Source of the DNA: a virus
Direction: 5' to 3' (one strand)
Virus record (IMG/VR): IMGVR_UViG_3300009128_000011
Span: 8,017 to 72,016 of that record
Length of the DNA: 64,000 nt
Below are positions 36,866 through 46,486 of the stretch, piece after piece. The notes under the pieces are model-generated. The model searched no databases, had not been told where the DNA came from, and saw nothing but the letters and a program-made list of their open reading frames with translations. Position numbers and translations under genes: made by a program. Position 1 is the first letter of the stretch. The number at the start of each line of letters is the position of its first letter.

Positions 36866-37630
36866 ATGCTGATCCCCCTGACCTACGGCTCGGAGCGCCC
36901 GGAGATCCTCGCCGAGTTCGCCGAGCTGTTCACCTCCCGCAACCCGCGGTGGAAGTGGCCCTTCGTCCACACGCTGTACGCCAACGAGTACGCGTGGACG
37001 GTGGACCGGCTGTTCGAGCGTCTGGGGGCCGACCTGACCGGCAAGCTGGTCATGGACGCCGGCGGGGGCGCCTCGGCGCTGCAGCACTATATCGCCCGGC
37101 GCGGCGCCGACGTGCTCAACGTCAGCCACGGGCCCGGGCAACTCCCGGGGAAGACGGCGGCGGGGGTGGTGATCCCGCGGGTCCGCTGCCACGCCGCTGA
37201 CCTGGTGGAGACCGGCCAGGAGCCGGGGACGTTCGACGCCATCGTGAGCGTGAGCGCCATCGAGCACAACCCGTGGCCCAAGATCGAGCGCATCGTGGCG
37301 CACCTGCTCGACCTGCTCAAGCCGGGAGCGCCGTTGATCGTGACGGTGCCGGCGGGGCGTGAGGGGAAGTGGTACCAGAGGGGGACCTTCCCCGGGCGGC
37401 CCGAGTTCCCGAACGTGTACCTGTGGGACATCGTTGCCTTGGACAGGCTCACTGCCGCCGTGTGGCCGATGGCTCATCTCGTTTCGCAGCGGGGGGGGCC
37501 AGGCCGGGAGAGGTTCGCCGAGGACTACCGAGCGGCCTGGGACGCCATGATGGCCGGGCGGGATTCCACCCCTGGCGCCCAGCGCATGCCCTACCTGTCG
37601 GCCGGCTTCGTGTTCGAGCAGCGAGCGTGA
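36866..37630 (+). CDS. Class I SAM-dependent methyltransferase
   Basis: EYAW, VMDAGGG, FDAIVSVSAIEH, LKPGA. Confidence 0.9.
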   Translation: MLIPLTYGSERPEILAEFAELFTSRNPRWKWPFVHTLYANEYAWTVDRLFERLGADLTGKLVMDAGGGASALQHYIARRGADVLNVSHGPGQLPGKTAAGVVIPRVRCHAADLVETGQEPGTFDAIVSVSAIEHNPWPKIERIVAHLLDLLKPGAPLIVTVPAGREGKWYQRGTFPGRPEFPNVYLWDIVALDRLTAAVWPMAHLVSQRGGPGRERFAEDYRAAWDAMMAGRDSTPGAQRMPYLSAGFVFEQRA

Positions 37631-37893
37631 TGTCCTCCTCGCAGCATCCACCATCTCTCCTTGGTGCACCCCGGGTGCCTGTGCTCGGGACCTACAAGGC
37701 GCGGTGCATGGATCCGTGTGATCATGAGGCCTGCAGAAGGGCGCGGGAGATCGTGGGTGCTGTGTGTCCTCTGTGCGGCAAGCCGGTGGGGCATGAAGGT
37801 TACTGCGTTCTCCGTGCGGGTGACTACGCGCACGCTGAGTGTGCCCGGGACGCCATCACGATAGGGGAGATCGACCCGGACAGCGTCCGATGA
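37630..37893 (+). CDS. Small Cys/His-rich hypothetical protein
   Basis: C..PC.H..C, CPLCG, HAEC; locally lower GC; overlaps both neighbours. Confidence 0.55.
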   Translation: MSSSQHPPSLLGAPRVPVLGTYKARCMDPCDHEACRRAREIVGAVCPLCGKPVGHEGYCVLRAGDYAHAECARDAITIGEIDPDSVR

Positions 37894-39563
37894 CCGCCCC
37901 CGACGTCGCAGTCCTCCTCGGCACGGTCGACCGGCCCGAGATGCTCGCCGAGTGCGTGGCGTCGATCCGGGAGAGCCTGGAGGGGAGCGGCTACACGCAC
38001 GAGGTCGTGGTGGCAGTCGGCACGAAGACGGAGCCGGCCCTCCCCTGGCTCCGCCAACAGCCCGACGTCGTGATCGTGCTCGGCGGCATGGACGGAGCGA
38101 TCCCCGCGTTCAACCGGGCCTGGGAACGGGCGGCCAAACTGTGTCCCCGCTACGTCTGCCAGATCAACGACGACGTGCTGATCGTGGGCGACTCACTCGC
38201 CCGTGCCCTCAACTACCTGGACCGGGACCGGGGGCTCGGGATGGTGGTCTTCACCTTCTCGGTGGATCGCGGGCACCGGTGGCTGGCGCCGACCTACCCT
38301 AGCGGTTACCCGCACCCGAACCAAATGGTGGCGCGTCGAGAACTTGTCGAGGAGGTCGCCCACGAGTTGGGCGCCTTCTGGGGTGACGAGGAGCACAGGA
38401 CGCACAAGACCTATGGGGGAGACACGGCGTTTGGCCTCTGGGCCTGTCGTCTCGGCTGGCGTGCGGAGCGAATGCCGGATGTGTGTTGCCATGATCTCAT
38501 GAGGGAGACTGATATCGCGCTGCGCAGGGCCAACCAGATTGGCACCGCAAGGCATGAGCGCGAGTTCGCCTACCGCTACCCCCCGGGCTTCGACAAGCCG
38601 GTGCGCCGGCTGGAGGAACGCAAAATGGACGAGCGCCCCCGCAACGTGGCCGGGACCGCCGGGATCGACAAGTCCCGCTTCGGCCCGCTCATGGACCGCT
38701 TCACGCTGGACGCCGTGAGCGGGATGGACCGGGAGACCTTCCGGGAGGAGGTCGCAGCCTTCGTCGAGGCCAACCCTTACGAGGCGTGGCGTCAGGCGTG
38801 GCAGGCCAACGACGGGACGTTCTTGGGGACGCTCTGTTGGGGGGCCGACCGCGAGTTCGTGCACCAAGGTCCGGGAGAGCGGAGGTGGTGGGTGAAGGGC
38901 GGCATGGACGACCGGCACGTCACCAACCTCGAGCGGGTGGTCAAGCCCGGGGGGCTCGACGTCGCAGCCCACGTCGAGGGCAAGATGGCCGCGGTCGTCG
39001 GCTGCTGGTGCGGGGAGGAGAACCTCCTCCTGCGCGCTCTCGGGGCTCGGGGAGTGGACGGCGTCGAGGAGGTCAAGGAGTACGCCCGGCTGGCCGGGCT
39101 CCAGCTCCACGCCTTCGAGGTCCCCGGGCGCGTCTGGCCCTGCTCGCTGTACGCCCTCCCGCTGGCGGAGGTGGCCGGGCTGTACGATCTGCTCTACGTC
39201 CCCGGGGTCATGTACCACCTGACCGACCCGGTGGCGGCGCTGGCCATCTTCTGGGCCATGCTCAAGCCGGGGGGCGTCCTCGCCTTCGAGACGGTCGTGA
39301 CGCCGACGCAGGGCGGCCCCCGCCCCATGGCGGCCTACCTCGGTGCGCAGGTGGCGGGGTGGAACTGGTGGGCGCCGACGCCGGAGGCCTACACGCAGAT
39401 GATGAGCGACGCCGGCTTCACCGACTGCCGGCAGGTGGACCAGGTCCCGGGGCGGGCGTGGTTCATGGGGGAGCGGACGGAGCGTCTCCCGCTGCTGGAG
39501 ACGGGCGCGGCGGGCTTCTCCCGGCCCGACCTGCTCAAGCAGATCCAGAGGCTCGCCAAGTAG
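37890..39563 (+). CDS. GT2 glycosyltransferase fused to a CmoB/DUF1698-like methyltransferase
   Basis: VLLGTVDR...QINDD; C-terminal VVGCWCG, GVMYHLTDP, LKPGGVLAFET, NWWAPT. Confidence 0.88.
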   Translation: MTAPDVAVLLGTVDRPEMLAECVASIRESLEGSGYTHEVVVAVGTKTEPALPWLRQQPDVVIVLGGMDGAIPAFNRAWERAAKLCPRYVCQINDDVLIVGDSLARALNYLDRDRGLGMVVFTFSVDRGHRWLAPTYPSGYPHPNQMVARRELVEEVAHELGAFWGDEEHRTHKTYGGDTAFGLWACRLGWRAERMPDVCCHDLMRETDIALRRANQIGTARHEREFAYRYPPGFDKPVRRLEERKMDERPRNVAGTAGIDKSRFGPLMDRFTLDAVSGMDRETFREEVAAFVEANPYEAWRQAWQANDGTFLGTLCWGADREFVHQGPGERRWWVKGGMDDRHVTNLERVVKPGGLDVAAHVEGKMAAVVGCWCGEENLLLRALGARGVDGVEEVKEYARLAGLQLHAFEVPGRVWPCSLYALPLAEVAGLYDLLYVPGVMYHLTDPVAALAIFWAMLKPGGVLAFETVVTPTQGGPRPMAAYLGAQVAGWNWWAPTPEAYTQMMSDAGFTDCRQVDQVPGRAWFMGERTERLPLLETGAAGFSRPDLLKQIQRLAK

Positions 39564-39572
39564 GAGGTCCCC

Positions 39573-40565
39573 ATGCCCACCGCTCTTCTCAGTGGCATCA
39601 CCGGCCAGGACGGCAGCTACCTCGCCGAGCTTCTGCTGGCGAGGGGCTACGAGGTCCACGGATTGATTCGCCGAGCGTCGAGCTTCAACACGGACCGGAT
39701 CGACCACATCTTCGGCCAGCTCCAGCTCCACCACGCCGACCTCACCGAGCCCGAGCGGCTGGCGTGGCTGCTGCGGGGGATCGAGCCGGACGAGGTCTAC
39801 CACCTGGGGGCGCAGTCCCACGTGCGGGTGAGCTTCGACACGCCGGGCTACACGGCGGCGGTGACGGGGCTGGGGACGCAGCATCTGCTGGAGGCGGTCT
39901 TCCGCCACCGCCCGGAGGCCCGGGTCTACGTGGCGTGCAGCTCCGAGATGTTCGGGGCGTCCCCGCCGCCGCAGGACGAGGCGACGCCGTTGCGGCCGCG
40001 GTCGCCGTACGCCTGTGCCAAGGTCTACAGCTTCCACCTGGCTCGGCACTACCGGGACCGGGGGCTGTTCGTGTCGGCGGGGATCCTCTTCAACCACGAG
40101 AGCGAGCGCCGCGGCGAGACCTTCGTCACCCGCAAGATCACCCGGGCGTTGGCCCGGATCCGCCTCGGGCTGCAGAACCGCCTCCAGCTCGGCAACCTGC
40201 AGGCGCGCCGGGACTGGGGGCACGCCGAGGACTACGTGCGCGCCATGTGGCTCATGCTCCAGGAGCAGATCCCGGACGACTACGTGATCGCCACCGGCGA
40301 GAGTCACTCCGTGGAAGACTTCCTCGGGGCGGCCTGCGCCTGGCACGAGATCGAGTTCCCGGACGAGCGGGTCGAAGTGGGCGTCCAGCGGCTGCTCCGG
40401 CCGACGGAGGTGGACGCGCTGGAGGGCGACGCCAGCAAGGCCAGAACGCGGCTCGGCTGGGAGCCGCGGATCACCTTCTCGGAGCTCGTCGACCGCATGT
40501 GCGAGGCGGACTACCGGCTGGCTCTCGGCGAGCGGGCCGCTGCTGTGGCGACCGGGGGCGGCTGA
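39573..40565 (+). CDS. gmd: GDP-mannose 4,6-dehydratase
   Basis: [44 protein letters not shown]. Confidence 0.97.
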   Translation: MPTALLSGITGQDGSYLAELLLARGYEVHGLIRRASSFNTDRIDHIFGQLQLHHADLTEPERLAWLLRGIEPDEVYHLGAQSHVRVSFDTPGYTAAVTGLGTQHLLEAVFRHRPEARVYVACSSEMFGASPPPQDEATPLRPRSPYACAKVYSFHLARHYRDRGLFVSAGILFNHESERRGETFVTRKITRALARIRLGLQNRLQLGNLQARRDWGHAEDYVRAMWLMLQEQIPDDYVIATGESHSVEDFLGAACAWHEIEFPDERVEVGVQRLLRPTEVDALEGDASKARTRLGWEPRITFSELVDRMCEADYRLALGERAAAVATGGG

Positions 40566-41485
40566 TGCGCTACCTGGTCCTCGGTGCCCAGGGCATGGTG
40601 GGCCGGGCGGTGGCCGACGAGCTTGAGCGACGGCACGACCTGGTGTGGCGGCACGAGCGTGTCGGGGCGGACCTGACGCGGCAGGACCAGGTCGAGCGTC
40701 TGTTCGACCGCACGTCCCCTGACGCAGTGGTCCTCGCCGCCGCCCGGGTCGGCGGGATCGGCGCGAACGCGTCGGCGCAGTGGGACTTCGGCCGGGACAA
40801 CACGCTGATCGCCGCCCTGTGTATCGACGCTGCGGTGCGCCGGCGGGTCGAGCGGCTCGTCTTTCTGGGATCGAGCTGCATCTACCCCCGCGAGGCGGAG
40901 CAGCCGATTCGGGAGGAGAGCCTGCTGACGGGCCCGCTGGAGGAGACGAATCGCGCCTACGCCGCGGCCAAGCTCACCGGCGTCGAGCTGTGCCGGGCGT
41001 GGAGCCTGGAGGGGGGGCGCCCTCGCTTCATCTGCCCCATGCCGACCAACCTCTACGGGCCCGGCGACAACTACGACCGGCGCACGAGCCACGTACTGGC
41101 GGCCCTGGTGCGCCGGTTCGTCGAGGCCGAGGCGTCCGGCGTCGAGCGGGTGACCCTGTGGGGGTCTGGGGAGCCGCTGCGGGAGTTCCTCCACGTCGAG
41201 GATCTGGCCCGGGCAGTGGCGTTCCTGCTGCGTGACCCGGATCCTCCGTTGCTGGTCAACGTGGGGTGGGGGTGCGACCTGTCGATCAGCGCGCTGGCGC
41301 GAAAGGTGGCGGAGGCGGTAGGCTACGGGGGCGAGATCGACTGGGACCGGTCCATGCCCGACGGCACGCCCCGCAAGCTGCTCGACACCAGCCGCATGCG
41401 GGAACTCGGCTGGGAGCCCCGCATCGGGCTCGACGAGGGCATCCGGAGGACGGTCGCCGAGTACCGAGCGGAGGTGAGACGGTGA
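40565..41485 (+). CDS. fcl: GDP-L-fucose synthase
   Basis: GAQGMVG, AARVGGI, GSSCIYP, LEETN..YAAAK, MPTNLYGPGDN, PDGTPRK; TGATG-coupled to gmd. Confidence 0.96.
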   Translation: MRYLVLGAQGMVGRAVADELERRHDLVWRHERVGADLTRQDQVERLFDRTSPDAVVLAAARVGGIGANASAQWDFGRDNTLIAALCIDAAVRRRVERLVFLGSSCIYPREAEQPIREESLLTGPLEETNRAYAAAKLTGVELCRAWSLEGGRPRFICPMPTNLYGPGDNYDRRTSHVLAALVRRFVEAEASGVERVTLWGSGEPLREFLHVEDLARAVAFLLRDPDPPLLVNVGWGCDLSISALARKVAEAVGYGGEIDWDRSMPDGTPRKLLDTSRMRELGWEPRIGLDEGIRRTVAEYRAEVRR

Positions 41486-42696
41486 GCCGACTGCGAGATC
41501 TGACCATGCTGCTGGCCCTGCTGGCGGTCTTCTTCGCGCTGCCAGAGGCCTCTGCACAGGAGGCGGTCCCTGGTGCGAAGACCTACCAGGAGCGCCTGAA
41601 GAACGCTGTCGGCGTAGACGGCGGCCAGCTACGCACGACCGGCCCGGTGGCGAACCGCTACCACGGGCTACTGCAGGCGTGGAACGACGCCGGCCGGCTG
41701 CGGGTGGTGGACGCCGGGAGCCCGCTGCCCGTGCAGTTCGTGGCGGCCTTCCCGGGAGCGATCAACCTGGTGCAGGTGGGGGGCAACCTCGTCACGGCGG
41801 GTGCCGGAAACGTTGCCGCTGGCACGCAGCGGATGACGCTGGCCAACAACGATCCGGCGGTGGCAGATCTGGCGGCCATCGAGGTGCTGCTCACTACCAT
41901 CGAGGCGCAGTTGGACGTCCTGGACGACTGGGACGACGGCAGCGACCGCGCCAACGTGGTCGTCGCCGGGCCGCTCGGCGGGGGGTTGGAGGCGGCCGCC
42001 GTGCTCGTGACGGTGGCGAACGACAGCACGGGGCTGCTGTCCGTGGACGACAACGGCGGCAGCCTCACGGTGGATATCGACGGCTTCACGGTAGGCAACA
42101 CGGACGCCTTGGGCGCTTATATAACCACCGGGGGCTGGGACGTCGAAACAGGGGCCGACGCATCGATCAAGACACACAACTTGTGGGGCGACGATGCCAC
42201 GATCTGGAACCTGCCGCGCCAGATCGTGATCTCAGAACTGACCGTCCACGACGTCGTGGACGGGAACCGGGACCGCGTGCGGTCCTCAGGGGCCGACACG
42301 TTCGACGTGGCGGTGGGCCTGGAGTACGTGGCCGGGACGGCGACGGCGGTCGACCAGGGGCAGCCGGACGCCGGGACGCTGCGGACGGTGGAGGCGCAGA
42401 GCAATGCGGCCACCCACCACGACATTGACCCGAACCAGAACGAGGTGGCGGCGGACATCAGCGCCAACACGAGCCGCCGCAAGCTTCTCTGCCAGAACGT
42501 CGGCACGGACATCGTGGCGGTCAACTGGTGCGAAAACACCGGGACGGGGACCCACGGCGTGTTCCTCGCCGGAGGGACGGCCGCGTTCGACGGGACTGGT
42601 GGAAGCGTCGAGATCGAGAGCACGTGCGCGGTCTGGCTGTACGACGTGAACAACACGACGAACGCGGACACCAACTGCATCGAGGAGACGATGTGA
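41482..42696 (+). CDS. Hypothetical beta-rich protein with a signal-peptide-like N-terminus
   Basis: LLALLAVFFALPEASA-Q leader; Asp/Asn/Thr/Val-rich body with GGSLTVD. Confidence 0.65.
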   Translation: MSRLRDLTMLLALLAVFFALPEASAQEAVPGAKTYQERLKNAVGVDGGQLRTTGPVANRYHGLLQAWNDAGRLRVVDAGSPLPVQFVAAFPGAINLVQVGGNLVTAGAGNVAAGTQRMTLANNDPAVADLAAIEVLLTTIEAQLDVLDDWDDGSDRANVVVAGPLGGGLEAAAVLVTVANDSTGLLSVDDNGGSLTVDIDGFTVGNTDALGAYITTGGWDVETGADASIKTHNLWGDDATIWNLPRQIVISELTVHDVVDGNRDRVRSSGADTFDVAVGLEYVAGTATAVDQGQPDAGTLRTVEAQSNAATHHDIDPNQNEVAADISANTSRRKLLCQNVGTDIVAVNWCENTGTGTHGVFLAGGTAAFDGTGGSVEIESTCAVWLYDVNNTTNADTNCIEETM

Positions 42697-42863
42697 TGCG
42701 CTGGGCCGGCTCGTCTGCTCCCGTTCTCGTCCACGCGGCCGACTACGGCGACCTGGGCGGGCACGGGTGGCTGGCGGACGGGAACGCCATGTTTGGCGCG
42801 GGTTCGGGCGCCGCTACCGTGACGATCGATATCGACTGGTTCATGGCCGGGAACTGGAGCTAG
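42696..42863 (+). CDS. Small hypothetical protein, possibly a gene remnant
   Basis: TGATG-coupled; 55 aa. Confidence 0.4.
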   Translation: MRWAGSSAPVLVHAADYGDLGGHGWLADGNAMFGAGSGAATVTIDIDWFMAGNWS

Positions 42864-42864
42864 G

Positions 42865-43374
42865 ATGCCTCGACGACTGGCGCTGACCCCCACTCGCAGA
42901 GACGGCGCAGCGGTTGCTGGGGGCGCTGCCCTCGGCGCGCTTCTGACGGCTCTGGTCTCGGGGTCTCCAACCGCCCCCGGCACCCCCGAACCGTCGGCGT
43001 CGGCGAGACGTCCACCCGTCGAGGCAGAGGCGGCCCCGACGCCGCCGTCCCCCGCGGTGACGCCCCCAAAGCCCCAGCCCATGCGCCCCGCCAACGTCAA
43101 GGGCGTCCGCAGCACGACAAACCTGCCCAACCCCATGCGGGTCGTGTGGGACGAGCGGGGTCCGCGGGCGGTAGTTGGGGCCAAGCGCTACCCGGTGGCC
43201 CTCCGAGGCCCGGGGCTGGAGGGGGTCGAGGGGACGCAGTGCTATTCGACGGGCACGGCGGGCGACTTCGGCCCGAAGGGGCCGCGGCTCCGTCCGGGGG
43301 AGTACCTCGTGCTGGCCGAGCGGCCCTGTCGGAGTACGCCTTCGTCTCCCAAGCCTTCCGTGGAGGCTCCCTGA
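42865..43374 (+). CDS. Membrane-anchored Pro-rich hypothetical protein
   Basis: N-terminal hydrophobic helix and a Pro-rich linker. Confidence 0.55.
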   Translation: MPRRLALTPTRRDGAAVAGGAALGALLTALVSGSPTAPGTPEPSASARRPPVEAEAAPTPPSPAVTPPKPQPMRPANVKGVRSTTNLPNPMRVVWDERGPRAVVGAKRYPVALRGPGLEGVEGTQCYSTGTAGDFGPKGPRLRPGEYLVLAERPCRSTPSSPKPSVEAP

Positions 43375-43901
43375 TGGGTGCCGGCGTGGTCCTCCTGGTC
43401 GAGGACGCCGACAGAGATGCGGCATTGATCGAGGCGATCTTGGGAGCGGCTGGCTACGCTACGCGCCGGGCGCTCTCCCTGGCCGGCGGTCTCGAGGCAC
43501 TTCGGGACGTCGACTTCGACGTGGTGCTGATTGACCTCGGACTCCCAGATGCCGAGGGAGGCACCGTCCTGGATGTGGTCCTCGACGCCGCGTGGCTCGC
43601 CCCCGTGGTGGTAGTCACCGGTCGCGACGATCCGGAGATGGAGCTCGACGCCCTGCGATCTGGGGCGCAGGAGTGGTTGTCGAAGGGGAGTGGTCTGACG
43701 TCGAGCGCTGTCCTGCGCTGCGTGCGTCATGCGATAGCGCGCCGCGAGGGGCAGCGGGCCGTCGACAGCCGCAACCTGGAGGCCGTCACGCAGCGACTGC
43801 GCTCTGCGCTAGATCGCACGGAGACGCTACGGCCAGCCAGCAACGGCAGGAAGCCGGAACGTCCCTGGTACACGAGAGCACTCGATGCCGCCTTCGGTTG
43901 A
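43374..43901 (+). CDS. Response-regulator receiver (CheY-like) protein
   Basis: LLVEDAD, DVVLIDLGLPD (phospho-Asp), PVVVVTG, GAQEWLSK. Confidence 0.9.
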   Translation: MGAGVVLLVEDADRDAALIEAILGAAGYATRRALSLAGGLEALRDVDFDVVLIDLGLPDAEGGTVLDVVLDAAWLAPVVVVTGRDDPEMELDALRSGAQEWLSKGSGLTSSAVLRCVRHAIARREGQRAVDSRNLEAVTQRLRSALDRTETLRPASNGRKPERPWYTRALDAAFG

Positions 43902-44124
43902 CACGCTGACCCGCGACCGCGTCCAGGAGCTCGCCATCGAGGTGACCCGGGTGGCGACCCTCCTGGAGACGCAGGCGGGGCTACTGCCGGCGACGCAGGA
44001 GCTCGACCGCCGGCTGTCCCGGATCGAAGGTATCCTCAAGGTGGTGCTGATCGTGGGGACGCTGGCGACGGGGGCGGCCATCACGGCCCTCGTCAAGACG
44101 TTCATCGGAGGAACTGGTGGCTGA
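43885..44124 (+). CDS. Holin-like membrane protein
   Basis: Short coiled coil (LDRRLSRIEG) followed by a C-terminal TM helix. Confidence 0.5.
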   Translation: MPPSVDTLTRDRVQELAIEVTRVATLLETQAGLLPATQELDRRLSRIEGILKVVLIVGTLATGAAITALVKTFIGGTGG

Positions 44125-44788
44125 TCCGCTCGTCACGCTTGCCCAGGTCCGCGCCGAGGGGCTGACGGTGGCGCAGGCCTCCGACGCCAAGGTCACCGAG
44201 GCGATCCAGCTCGCCAGCGACCTGGTCGAGCGGCTGTGCCGGACGAGCTTCACCACGCAGACCTACACGACAGCGGCTCCCTTGCTGCTCAACGGCACGG
44301 GCCACGACACGATTTGGTTCGACGACCGGGTGCGGACCGTCACGGAGATCGGGATCCAGACTGCAGACGGGACGCAGCAGACGGCCTACAACGCCACCTC
44401 CTACCGGCTGTTCGCCAGCCGGACGCCGAGCGCCCGGGACTTCCGCAACCCCAAGGTCCAGCGGCTGGGGGCGCGGACCTTCCGGGAGGGGCTGCTCAAC
44501 GTCTACCTGGCCGGCACGGTGGGGACGACGGAGCTCGTCGGAGGGGTCGAGTCCGTCCCTCTCCTGATCCAGCGGGCGGTGCTGATCCTGGTGATCCAGG
44601 ACTTCGCCTGGCTGCTCACGGACGACGCCCGCCAGAAGATGCGACTCGGGCGCTTCGTGAAGTCGCAGACGACGGAGGGACACCGCTACGTGCTGTCCGA
44701 CATCGCCTTCTCGGGGGCGTACTCGGGCATCCGGGAGGTGGACCGGATCCTGCGCCTGTACTCGCCGCCGCTCGGGGTGCGGGCCTGA
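44117..44788 (+). CDS. Head-tail adaptor protein
   Basis: LVTLAQVR...ASDLVERLC...VPLLIQRAV...VDRILRLY. Confidence 0.75.
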   Translation: MADPLVTLAQVRAEGLTVAQASDAKVTEAIQLASDLVERLCRTSFTTQTYTTAAPLLLNGTGHDTIWFDDRVRTVTEIGIQTADGTQQTAYNATSYRLFASRTPSARDFRNPKVQRLGARTFREGLLNVYLAGTVGTTELVGGVESVPLLIQRAVLILVIQDFAWLLTDDARQKMRLGRFVKSQTTEGHRYVLSDIAFSGAYSGIREVDRILRLYSPPLGVRA

Positions 44789-45201
44789 TGTTCGGCCCCC
44801 CTCCCGCTCTCGACCTGGTCCATCCCGTCACGGTGACCATCGACCCGCTGGACACGGCGAGCACGAGGTGGGACGGCAGTGCCCGGGAGCCTGTCCCGCG
44901 AGAGTGCAGGCTGCCGACGGTGACCATCACCGCACAGGTCCACTGGACGAGGCGACGGGATCGCCAGCGGACGGCCGCGGGGCCGCAGGACAGCTCCGAC
45001 GGCTTCCTCGTCTTCCGCCGCGTGGACCTCACCGCGCAGGCCTACGACCCCCAGCCCGGCGACCGGGTGGCGACGATCACGGAGGCGGGGGTGGCGGTCA
45101 ACGTCTACCTGACCACGCCGGGGCAGCGCCGGGGCCAGTACGGGGGCAACTTCGGCCTCGTCCGGGCCTTCTTCGAGGACCGGCGCCCGCACCAGGACTG
45201 A
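44788..45201 (+). CDS. Head closure / stopper protein
   Basis: Position and size; PQPGDRV motif. Confidence 0.6.
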   Translation: MFGPPPALDLVHPVTVTIDPLDTASTRWDGSAREPVPRECRLPTVTITAQVHWTRRRDRQRTAAGPQDSSDGFLVFRRVDLTAQAYDPQPGDRVATITEAGVAVNVYLTTPGQRRGQYGGNFGLVRAFFEDRRPHQD

Positions 45202-45202
45202 C

Positions 45203-45796
45203 GTGCCCGCCCGCGGCGGCCTGCGACTCACCGGGGCGTGGAAGCGCTGGACCAAGCTCATCGATCCCCAGGACTTTGAGCGGCGCCTCCGACGGAACAT
45301 CCGGCAGGCGACGATCAAGAACGGTCTCCTCGTCGTTCGGGAGATCCGGCAGGGGATCAAGAACCGGGACTACGAGCCCAACGCCTTCTTGACGCTGGCG
45401 GCCAAGGCGCCGAAGGACAAGCCGCTCGTCGACAGCGGGGACTTGTTCAAGGCGATCACGAAGGTGGTCCTGGACGACTTCCGCGTCTTCGTCGGGGTCA
45501 AGAAGACGGCGAAGGGGAAGGAGGGGGAGGCGCTGGTCAACATCGGCGCAGCGCTCCATGAGGGCTACACGGTTCGGGTGACGCCGGCGATGCGAGCCGC
45601 GGTCTTCGCCCGAATCCACGGCAACCAGCAAGGGCGAGCCATCATCAAGGCCGACCCGCCGGCGGGCCCGGCAGCGAAGGTGTGGGTCATCCCCCCTCGC
45701 CCCTTCATCGAGGCGGTGCTCGAGCGCAAGGACATCCAGGAGCGGGTCAGGCGGAACTGGTCCCGGGCGGTGGAGCGGGCGCTGGTGGGGAAGTAG
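45203..45796 (+). CDS. Virion morphogenesis / neck protein (Mu gpG / HK97 gp10-like)
   Basis: KPLVDSGDL, LHEG, IPPRPF. Confidence 0.8.
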   Translation: MPARGGLRLTGAWKRWTKLIDPQDFERRLRRNIRQATIKNGLLVVREIRQGIKNRDYEPNAFLTLAAKAPKDKPLVDSGDLFKAITKVVLDDFRVFVGVKKTAKGKEGEALVNIGAALHEGYTVRVTPAMRAAVFARIHGNQQGRAIIKADPPAGPAAKVWVIPPRPFIEAVLERKDIQERVRRNWSRAVERALVGK

Positions 45797-45800
45797 GGGG

Positions 45801-46274
45801 CTACTTCGGCACCTTCCACCGGTCGGTAATCACCCGGACGGCGGCGAGGCAGAGGGCGTGCGGTAGGCAGTCGCCCTCGACGGTCCAATCGGCGCTGTAG
45901 GGCTCCATGTACACGCTCACCTGCTCCCAGAAGTGGATCGCCACGTTCCCCTCGTCGTCGAAAGTCCAGATCCAGTGCGAGGGCGAGTAGATGCGCTGTA
46001 GTCGCCTCCACACCTTCCAGCCGGCGGCGAGGTTGGTCGAGAACTGGTCCGGCATGTCCCCGGGCCGGATCCCGTAGGTGTCGGGCTCTATGCGATCCGG
46101 CAACCATGTCCGGGCCTGTACCCAGGTCGGGTCTTCGTCGGCTTCGTGCGTCCAGTGCAACACGCGCTTGACGAAGCGGCCCGGGCGCTCGAACAGGTAG
46201 GACTCGATCCAGGCGTCCAGTTCGACGCCGGCACGGAGCTGGTGTGGCTCGGGGTGGGGGAGCCGGGGCATCAT
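45801..46274 (-). CDS. Phage ABA-sandwich-like protein
   Basis: ELDAWI...FSTNLAAGWKV...PHALCLAA. Confidence 0.65.
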   Translation of the reverse strand: MMPRLPHPEPHQLRAGVELDAWIESYLFERPGRFVKRVLHWTHEADEDPTWVQARTWLPDRIEPDTYGIRPGDMPDQFSTNLAAGWKVWRRLQRIYSPSHWIWTFDDEGNVAIHFWEQVSVYMEPYSADWTVEGDCLPHALCLAAVRVITDRWKVPK

Positions 46275-46486
46275 GGCGCCTCCAGCAGCCGCACCTTCCG
46301 CAGCCACCGCGGGGACGCGCAGACCACCTCGTGCAGGTAGCCCGCCGGCACGTCCCAGAGGACGGGGACCGAGCGGCACCGTCTCGGAGCCTGGCAGGCC
46401 ATGCAGTGGTCCACCGTGCCGAAGCCGGCGCACTCGGGGTCGACATCCTCGACGCGCTCGCCGGGGGTGAAGTCGGTCGCCCTCAC
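46271..46486 (-). CDS. Hypothetical protein
   Basis: 4-nt overlaps with both neighbours. Confidence 0.55.
   Translation of the reverse strand: MRATDFTPGERVEDVDPECAGFGTVDHCMACQAPRRCRSVPVLWDVPAGYLHEVVCASPRWLRKVRLLEAP

Noticed and set aside
34026-38425. GT2 repeat as a DGR TR/VR
   Set aside because: Both copies are coding and differ mainly at synonymous positions.
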